NCBI GenBank assembly: GCA_021613535.1
Contig: CP075492.1
Location: 1,550,001 to 1,614,000, forward strand
Direction of reading: 5' to 3'
DNA from: Adineta vaga
Lineage: Eukaryota; Animalia; Rotifera
DNA: 64,000 bases
The notes beneath the pieces were generated by a model, which made no database searches, had not been told where the DNA came from, and was given only the letters and a program-made list of their open reading frames with translations. Of the stretch, positions 56,901 to 64,000 are shown piece after piece; position 1 is the stretch's first letter; every line of letters begins with the position of its first letter. Made by a program: the position numbers and the translations under genes.

Positions 56901-59900
56901 AACAAGACTCTGTCGAATGACTTGGAAATATCGATAGATCGAATTTCTCTTATCTTAAAACAGGAAGCTGAAGAAATGAAAATGACTGTTTTTCGTCGAA
57001 TGGAAAATATTGTTGATGAAGGTTAGGAAATCAATATTGATTTAGCTATATCCTATTTTGCATTTATGTGAGACTATAAGTTGATTCTGATGTTGACAAT
57101 AGATTAACCAATATTGTAATGAGAGATACTGTTTATTATCAATATTAGACTTACCAATGACTTTTCTAAGATTTCATAGGATCAAGCTATCTGTCAACTG
57201 TATAATTGCATTCAACGTCAGATAGCAAGTTAAAGATGTATATAGAATAAATCTACTAGTGAAATGAAACGAAATTTTTGTATTGTTTGTCACATAAAAT
57301 TTTTATATGAATTGAAAACATTACAAAGAGATAAAACATGATGCTATAGTGACTACCATGATGTAAGCAAAAGTGTCTTATTGAGTATGAATATTTTCTT
57401 CATTTATCTTTTTCTTCTTCGTTGTTTTGTGTTTTATTCTTTTTCTCTTTGAGTTCCTTTCTTTTTGTCGTATCTGATAGATATCTATCTGATTTCAGGT
57501 TTCAGGAGTGGAAGTCTAGGTGTATCTTGGTGTTTACATTTGTCAATTTTTGAGTAGTCCAAAGTGAGACAATTTCAAAATTTCCTTCATATATTTCGAT
57601 TGGAATGATATTGAGACCTATAGTTATCACCATTGAACAGAGAACATGAAAATACAACGAACAATGTGTAGAAAAAAATAACGATTATTTTTCTGACCTG
57701 TTTCTGAATTCTTTTCGAAGACTAGTAGTTACAATTACTTCCTTATATGTTGAGTGTACATTCTCTAATCTTGAACAAACTGTGAGTTATGTGAATCATT
57801 AAAGTATGCTGCTTTTATCTCATAAGAGACAATAAGTCTATTCGCGTGTGCTAGGTTTTTTCAAAATAAAATAGCGGCTAAGTAATGGTTGTGATTATGA
57901 GAAAGGAAATTTTCATAGATATTATGTTGATTCCGCTTGATAAACGTTACTTTACTGTAGCACCAGCTTCATATGCTCAGAGTCGTATTTGGCTTAATGA
58001 ACGAATGCAGTTTGATCCTAATAAACCGGAAATAGCAATCTTCAATATGTCATTCCTTTATCGTCTCTCGCACCACCATACTTTATCAATTGAACGACTT
58101 CGACATGCACTTCAACTACTAGTCATGAAACACCAGTCACTTTGTACATTACTTACTTTCGATAAAGAGAAGAATCTGCTTATGCAACGGATCGCCAATT
58201 TTAATAACGTGACAAGTGAATTGTATGCATTTGTCGAAAGTGTTTACGAAACTGATGAGCATCTTAACGATATAATATACGAGGAAAAACGGAACCCTCA
58301 TCTTTTCGATCCTTCTCAAGGTCTTGTCTTTCGATGTCATATAGTCTATTACAAGCAAATCTCTTCAGATGATCTTCTCACCCATAAAGATATCATCATT
58401 TTCAACTTTCATCATTCTTTATTTGACTATCCATCTATGAATGTATTTCTTCATGATCTCAATCAAATATATATAACAGGTCAGTTAACAAATGATATTG
58501 AGACCAATCTACGATATCTTGATTGTAAGTATTCAATATTTTTGTCTATTTATTTGAATCAATCATCCTTCACCTCTCTTTCTACTTGCAGATGCAGTCA
58601 TCGAACGGCAACTACCAATGACTAGCGCAAGTATGTTCTGGTTTGATACTCTTCATAATTGTGATCTCGATCGGCGACTATCATTACCATTTGATCGGTA
58701 TCGACTTCTGAATGAACATCCAACCAATCATAATACATCCGTTTCTTTCGATTTTGATCCAAATCTTTCTCATCATCTTCTCATTTATGCATCATCGTAC
58801 AACATATCATTGCAACATCTTATACTCACCATCTACTATCTCTTTCTATTCAAAATAACAAATGGAGAAAAAGATTTAACGATTGCAATGACTATTGATA
58901 ATCGATATAGAGAAGAACTTAAACCAATCATTGGATTATTTGAGAGTATTGTTCCATTTAGATGTCAATTAGACTCTCATTGGTCTTTTCATCAATTACT
59001 TGACTATATTCATGAGATAACAACCAACACGATGAGATATTCATGTTTTCCTCTTCAACGCATACTTGATCAACATGGAGCTGTTTCGAAACCTAGATTT
59101 CTTGATACTTCATTTGAATTTCGATCATATCAAAACAATAAAAGTATGATTGACAATAGTGAACTTTATGAGATGCTTATTGACAATATCAATAATGACG
59201 ATGTAACCATGCGTAAAAGTGATTTCTCATTTCTAATCAATCATGATACCCATATCGATCAAGTCTCCTGTACAATCAATGCATCACTAGACTTGTTCAA
59301 CATTGAAACTATTCATATTATTGGACAACGATTTCATTTCATGTTACATCAATTATCTTCCTCGATTGCCAATCAACCGAAAAAGCCAATTTACGAATTG
59401 CCATTAATATTACCAAATGAACAATTACTTCTACAATCAGTGAATAATACGGAAGTGTCATTTCCTTCTGTCAAATGTATTCATCATGAATTTGTTTCTA
59501 AAGCAATGATATATTCACAAAAGCTAGCTGTTGAATTAGATGAGCAATCGTTGACATATAGTGAACTATTGTATTATGTTCAAGTATTATCTATGAATCT
59601 TCTAAATGAATATCATATATCTCCAGGTGAAATCATTTGTCAATGTGTCGAAAGAAGTATATCAATGGTGAGCTACTTCATATAAGTATCTGCTGTTTTA
59701 AATTAGGAAATCTGGTATAATTTAGATAATTGGTATAATGGGAATTTTAATGGTAGGTGGTGTATATTGTCCATTATCACCTCGAGATCCAAAAGATCGT
59801 TTATATGCATTAGTACAACAAACAATGTCTTGCCTTATTCTTGTTCATCGGCCTACTGTGACGAAAATGCTAGATATTGCGAAGTTATTAGATATTGAAG

Positions 59901-62900
59901 TAATACTGACTAATGCGAATTGGAGCGATGATCTCAAATTAGCGAAAGTATCAAGCATAATAGTATCACCTAATGATGTAGCTTACATTATTTTTACAAG
60001 CGGATCGACTGGCGTACCGAAAGCGGTATGCTTTTCACACTCTATATCAGATCGCTTTTAGTTTGATGCTTTATCCTAGGTTCAAGCCAGACACCGAAAT
60101 TTCTCAAATTTCATACAAGGTTTGCATCATACTGGCGTATTGCAGACGAACGATGTTGTGGCGCAAATATGTGCTCCTACATATGATGTGCATGTCATGG
60201 AAATTATTGGTAGTTTAGTTTTGTGTTCATCTCTCGTACTGTTACGCCCTTATGGCAACATGGACTTTTTGTATTTTACAAACATATGTGAAACTAAAAA
60301 CATCACATGTATTGCACCTGTTCCGACTTTCCTAGATTATTTGTGTGATGCTATTGAACATTTACAGAGTGATTCTTTGTTGACGATACGATCACTTTGC
60401 TTTGGTGGTAAGTAAATTATAAAAAATAGTGTCCAATGCATTTATCAAATTTCTAGGGGAACCTATATCAAGTAATCTTGTTCAACGCTTACAAAAACAC
60501 ACTACCAACAACTGTGCCATGTATAATATATACGCGCCAGCTGAAACTACAGTTGTTTCTTTCTATCACCGTGTCAATTTTATATGCCGTGAATCACATA
60601 TTGCTCTTGGTAGATTACTCTCTAACGAGCACTATAAAGTATTGGATATATACTTCCAGTATACACCTGTCGGACAACAAGGTGAATTATTTATTGGTGG
60701 AGCAGGCGTATTCGCTGGCTATCTTAGCCGTATGGATTTAACATCGAAAGTTCTTCTTGAAATTAACGATGAAAAGTTTTATCGGACGGGTGATCTCGTA
60801 AAAGTAGACCATGAGGGTCTTCTCCATTATGAAGGTAGAACCGATCATCAAATCAAATTACATGGACAAAGAATTGAACTTGGTGAAATTGAACGATGTC
60901 TACACAGCATATCATCCATCTCAGCTTGTGTTGTCATCAAATGGGGTGAAGATCATCTTCTTGCTTATGTTCAAAGTTCAGTCATAAATGAAAAGGAATT
61001 ACGTGACTATTGTCAATCACATCTTCCACCACATATGATTCCATCTCGCTTCATTATTCTTGATAAATTACCTCTAAATGCAAATGGAAAAGTTGATCGA
61101 AAACGTCTTCCAGCACCTGACTTCATTTCTCTCTCTTCAGTAAATCTCAACGATGTTAACCGATTGTTAGAACCAACAAGTGAAATTGAATCTATCATCC
61201 ATCGCATATGGTGTGATCTATTGAAACAAAAACAAATCTCTATAAATACAAACATATTCACTATTGGTGGTCATTCATTAATTATCATGCAACTTCTGCA
61301 TCGATATAAAGTAGAATTTCGATTAGAAATAATCTCAATTGCCATTAGTGATCTATTTCAACATCCAACAATCATTGATCATGCACAACTTATCTATCAG
61401 ATTGTGCATTCTAAATTGAATAAAGATGATTATTGTTGGCATTCAATAAATATCCTCACAGGTAAAGGTATCCTTTGAAAAAGAGTCTAATAATCACATT
61501 CTATTTCTTATTTTAGCTAAGGCATCCTTTGCCCAAGAACGCATTTTCTTAGATGAAAACATTCGCTTTTGTGCTTCTGCAGTAGATGATATTACAAACA
61601 TGTATGTTATTCCATTAATATATCGTGTTTCATCGCTAAATATTCATCATATATCAATTTCACGATTATATCATGCATATCAATGTATCATTAGAAAACA
61701 TAAGATTCTTCGAACAGCACTTTACCTTGATCGAAATGGTGTCATTGTACAAGACTGTCGAAATACGAAGTACTCACACAGTGATATCGAAACATATGCT
61801 TTTTCAATAGTGAATGTCTCCAAAGAAGATCACGATAAGAGTGAAGCTGTGAAGAGAATCTTGAATAAATCTGATTTATTTGATTTATCAAAAGGACATG
61901 TCATTAATTGTCACATTCTTCGTTCTCAGAATAGTTCAAATGGAAATGATGATGACATGTTGACTAGAGATGATTTGATATTATTTACTATACATCATGC
62001 TTTCTTTGATGGTGCATCAACATCAATCTTTATTCGTGATCTTTCTCTTGCTTATCAAGACGATAGTTCGCTTTTTGTTGATGTCAATTCATTTCAATAT
62101 ATTGATTATTCTATTCATGAACATATTATGGCTATGACATTAGCTCGTGAATTTTGGTTTGCTCAACTTCATGGATGTGATCTTCAACATTCATTATCAT
62201 TACCATATGATCGATCTCATTCATCAAACCACCACCGATCTGGCTTAGCTTCTACAACTCAAATAACATTAAATGAGTCTGTATGTACATCATTTCTACA
62301 TTATGCATCATCACATCATCTAACACTTTTTCAACTTGGACTATCGATATTCTATGTATTTCTATTCAAATTAACTCACAATGACACTGATTTGTGTGTT
62401 GGTACTATCAATGCCAATCGATATCGATCTGAATTATATAATATGATAGGAATGTTTGTAGCAACATTACCATATCATATTCACCTCGATGCAGATTGGT
62501 CATTTGATGAACTTGTTCATCATGTAAGAGAAATGTGTGTATCAATTCTTGAACATTCTCATTATCCACTTCAACACATTCTCAATGACTTTCATCTCAA
62601 TCAATCTAATCTTAGATTTCTGGAAACAATGTTCGATTTTATCACTTTGTCCGAAAATGAGACGTACTTATCGATGAATGATACAAGATTAGAAGAAGTA
62701 TCATTAGATCAATCATATGAAGTTAGTAAATTTGATTTCATGTTATCATTTGTTTATAATCCAACGTTAGAAAATAATACCAGATTGTCATTCAATTTTA
62801 TATGTTCTCATGATTTATTCGATGAGAAAACTGTTGCAAGTATAGCTGAACGATTTTCGTATTGTATGGAACAATTGTTGTTTCGATCGAATGAAATAGT

Positions 62901-64000
62901 GGATGAAGTGAAGACCTGTGTGACCACTGTACCGAAAGTTAACCTAATATTACCGAAGGAAGGAAATGAAATCAATGATGTTATATTTCAGCGACAATCA
63001 AATATCACAAATGAAGGTAGGTTTATCTTCTAATAAAAAATTTGTCGTTGGTGTTAAAGTTGCATATTAGGATTAATATCTGATATAAGTCTGTTGTGCA
63101 GACGCCAAGTAGCATTGCTACGATTTGCATATACGACTAGTGTTCGCATGCTTTTTCCTTGTAGAAGCAGCGGCATCTGCAAAGTTACTGTACAATATGT
63201 TGGTTAGCATTTTAGGAAATGCGTTGGTATGAAAATTGTGAGAAGTACCTCATTCAAGAGAAATGTTTCGTTCTTGATTTTTTTTGAAATTTATTTCTTG
63301 AATTTTGACATCGGAGTTCGAACACAGTATCTTGTCGATTTATGTGGAGTAGCATAGGAACTTGGCCGTTACACGTATGAAAGACGAATGGTTAATGTTC
63401 ATTTGATCAGTTTGCCGTCGCCAAAAAAAGAAACATTCTGTTGCTTTACTTTGTGGTAGAGAACGTAATATCTCAAAATTGCACGTTCACCAGTAGTATG
63501 TTTCGTGCATTTACTGTTTAGGGGAAATAAATAAAGTGATAATTGGAGAGACAGATCTAAAGAGGGGCTTGATTTAATTTTTTCGCTACAATAACTGAAA
63601 CAAAAATAGTAACTCCTTAACGTCGAATTCAGTGTGTACCCTTATGACAGTTCTAAAGAGTAATCGTGTTTAATATTGCAATCACTCCAGCATAATTTAA
63701 AACGGTTTCTCACGTAATTTCGCCGTGTTTTAAGAGCAGTCACACTCTTCAATTTTTTTATTCCCAACTCATTTTCGAAAACAAAAGTTAGCCATCACTC
63801 GCACGAGCACTGAATTTTTAATCATAAGGAGAAAAGACAAGGAAAACGGCTAGTAGGCGAAATGTTACATCATCCCGATCTAAATCATTGATACTTCTAC
63901 TGTAGCACCAGCATCGTATGCACAAACTCGCATTTGGCTTGATGAACAAATGCGATTTGATCCTGATCATCCGCAAGTTGCAATCTATAACATGCCTTTC
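25282..64000 (+). CDS. Giant multi-exon NRPS: C0-[C-A-T-C]x4-C..., running off the right edge; several frameshifts in this sequence
   Basis: Repeated C (HHxxxD, IGMFV.TLP), A (YIIFTSGSTG.PKA, YRTGDL, GRKDFQIK.HGQRIELGEIE, NGK.DR) and T (FTIGGHSL) motifs; each block ends GAAG|GT and the next begins AG|C(A/G)CC in phase 1. Joining across the long introns is inferred from splice sites. Confidence 0.85.
27830..28120 (-). mobile_element. Diverged LTR relic of the same family as 45651-46200, in the first NRPS intron
   Basis: TATCTTTTTATTTCATCCAAAGAAATCGCATCTATACTG...CTTATACAG matches TATCTTTTATTTGATCCAAAGAAATCGTATCTATACTG...CTTATATAG of the LTR; the right boundary is approximate. Confidence 0.75.
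28471..33717 (+). CDS. NRPS cassette 1 (C-A-T-C); frameshift at ~28790
   Basis: C HHAVFD; A motifs across ORFs 29121-32227; T FFTIGGHSL; second C exon 32257-33717 with HHAAYD. Confidence 0.88.
34991..35211. mobile_element. Short MITE (CMC/EnSpm-like architecture)
   Basis: TIRs TACTCTGTAAAAA / TTTTTACAGAGTA with internal GAACC/GGTTC repeats. Confidence 0.7.
36058..41133 (+). CDS. NRPS cassette 2 (C-A-T-C); frameshifts at ~39220, ~39898, ~40395
   Basis: C HHAAFD; A and T motifs; second C exon 39637-41133 with HHAFFDG. Confidence 0.88.
43907..57021 (+). CDS. NRPS cassette 3 (C-A-T-C), with an LTR element and a palindrome in two of its introns
   Basis: C NHTVFD (43907-45619); the A domain resumes after the acceptor at ~53351; T; second C exon 55528-57021 with HHAMFDG. 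Confidence 0.88.
45651..46200 (-). repeat. 3' LTR (~550 bp)
   Basis: Termini TGTGACGATT...GATTGTCACA; minus-strand TATATAA (~45745) and AATAAA (~45698); short GGGAG tract just upstream on the minus strand. An alternative end at GTCACA 45965 cannot be excluded. Confidence 0.8.
46299..48020 (-). CDS. env: Env-like class I fusion glycoprotein
   Basis: Signal peptide, furin site RHKR, hydrophobic fusion peptide LVSELIAIGIGSAALTMS, heptad region, Cys-rich ectodomain, C-terminal TM. Confidence 0.9.
   Translation of the reverse strand: MSKFFVLLIIIPIGSSLIPLPPGNVVHPTSGLAFRYLGQYAPADNIISFTVAIPLTQDMCYLLPLHTLHKIPQCGYDPNGSSSNDTTRHKRLVSELIAIGIGSAALTMSTINYAHVAQIQHDLETITRALTKLDSVAVELLHLQAGQLKLALALNHTQNALNRTINIINHHGIAIEHLGIFAKYLDNRLSTFIHSVESHFLHTSIADILANRLNLNFIHHRDLNKVAKHIALSTNVNFTTENLGPPLIELISRLLVQQTIHFLPKTSSNQTEGILGTLSISSFFADVKRRVTPFAVYELFSVPFYYYGKRIRLANLPKAIGIDYINFQLIQWTKSDFQTCNFNDMSVCRETPPIITKWNNTCLFQILNDSILSACRTEPYNEDIFYQQIGSQWIISTTRMQRCNFATAPTANTPQLIQNTGRTLSTVTLITIPSKTTLLCEQFHIPASPETSAPPVSLWDFSLVNFTYGEKFDMHDYLHNHTRWPKIPFISNELQEVIKFISQQSSPPSIVHVPSMPTLRDLHRHPIGILNITTLIIITLLFIILAVCFFIRRPRLPSVYFRVPTSTNVPTTT
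48119..51591 (-). CDS. pol: Pol (protease, RT, RNase H, integrase), -1 frame relative to gag; one 1-nt frameshift at ~49952
   Basis: LIDTGS, YLDD, LDACEYG, HDHPTAGH..CSAC, IDIMGP/SDNGPQF/ERVNR, KYQGP. Confidence 0.95.
51531..51591 (-). promoter_or_regulatory. -1 ribosomal frameshift signal (slippery heptamer plus H-type pseudoknot)
   Basis: A AAA AAC in gag frame, 5-nt spacer, stem AGGAGTTTT/AAAACTCCT, loop GCGGG pairing with downstream CCCGC. Confidence 0.85.
51579..52730 (-). CDS. gag: Gag with CCHC zinc knuckle
   Basis: N-terminal coiled coil, retrotransposon capsid motif (KQQDNETINEFVVRL), CWRCYETGHYATTC. Confidence 0.93.
   Translation of the reverse strand: MATSEEMKVKIDKAVLITSETVNQHTDNIRSIQTNLDSLQSQIQAEMDTFRTSFRKELETTESRLQADIHTIREDIAAIRDHIFQTDAKPTTSTQQKLHTPIQPTRQYITPTVSPDNYNQLTPPATSTIIVPPISSFPTFAGKPTDRPRQFLLRVEEYARTVNKWSIDTLLQGISQFLKDSALEWYCQLYNTHNLPETWNEFVPQFLAQFHSPIRVAQQEHEWDECKQQDNETINEFVVRLRSLWFEQKPDQTENDFIKHLFCKMRPDMLTLMSANRSLTLPEIITEAQQVEEILYLRNKEARRRSNQRSKLNTNTPLLALNTSNQYSTRNTQSTTTTPYTPTCWRCYETGHYATTCPLNETRRTYDSSEYTQQSLPQRPKNN
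52791..52808 (-). promoter_or_regulatory. tRNA primer-binding site
   Basis: TGGCGACCCTG begins 2 nt after the LTR end on the minus strand; complementary to a tRNA ending GGUCGCCA (Arg-like, unverified). Confidence 0.8.
52811..53103 (-). repeat. 5' LTR, truncated to 293 bp
   Basis: Identical to 45651-45943 except one base (position 8), then switches abruptly to NRPS sequence. Confidence 0.93.
53106..53312 (+). repeat. ~205 bp duplicate of NRPS exon end/intron start 45442-45650
   Basis: Direct repeat flanking the LTR element, with indels clustered at its left end. Confidence 0.9.
53657..54030. repeat. 374 bp spacerless palindrome inside an NRPS intron
   Basis: Centre TTC|GAA at 53843/53844; 187 bp arms with few mismatches; mirror-image ORFs in the ORF track. 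Confidence 0.95.
57961..63016 (+). CDS. NRPS cassette 4 (C-A-T-C), apparently intact
   Basis: C HHSLFD; A with variant YAPAE; T; second C exon 61517-63016 with HHAFFDG. Confidence 0.9.
63906..64000 (+). CDS. Start of NRPS cassette 5 (C domain), truncated by the window
   Basis: TAG|CACCAGCATCG encodes APASYAQTRIWLDEQMRFDPDHPQVAIYNMPF, matching cassettes 1 and 2. Confidence 0.88.

Noticed and set aside
25282-63033. Many separate NRPS genes, as the ORF track suggests
   Set aside because: ORF ends coincide with conserved GT-AG sites; they are exons.
15711-64000. Bacterial contaminant cluster
   Set aside because: Spliceosomal introns, LTR elements and MITEs inside and around the genes.

Overview
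AT-rich eukaryotic DNA with short GT-AG introns. The gene content, the env-bearing Ty3/Gypsy elements and the TGTGGG/TGAGGG motifs point to a bdelloid rotifer (inference, not proven). The window is dominated by an intron-containing secondary-metabolite locus on the + strand. A highly reducing type I PKS (15711-24360; KS-AT-DH-degenerate MT-ER-KR-ACP-degenerate TE) is followed ~0.9 kb later by a giant spliced NRPS that starts with a lone C domain and repeats a C-A-T-C cassette at least four times, with a fifth starting at 63906. Every T-to-A linker therefore carries two condensation domains. Every cassette, and every extra C exon, is bounded by phase-1 introns at the homologous position. The modules are sequence mosaics in which mainly the A-domain specificity region is unique. 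Upstream lie a PAN/Apple-GH19 chitinase, a secreted NHL-repeat protein, a small bacterial-looking secreted protein and a TPR pseudogene. Mobile DNA comprises a near-intact gag-pol-env LTR element inserted antisense in an NRPS intron (with a -1 frameshift pseudoknot), a multiply deleted relative, an LTR relic, MITEs and long palindromes. Several small frameshifts leave it open whether the NRPS allele is intact or the assembly has errors.
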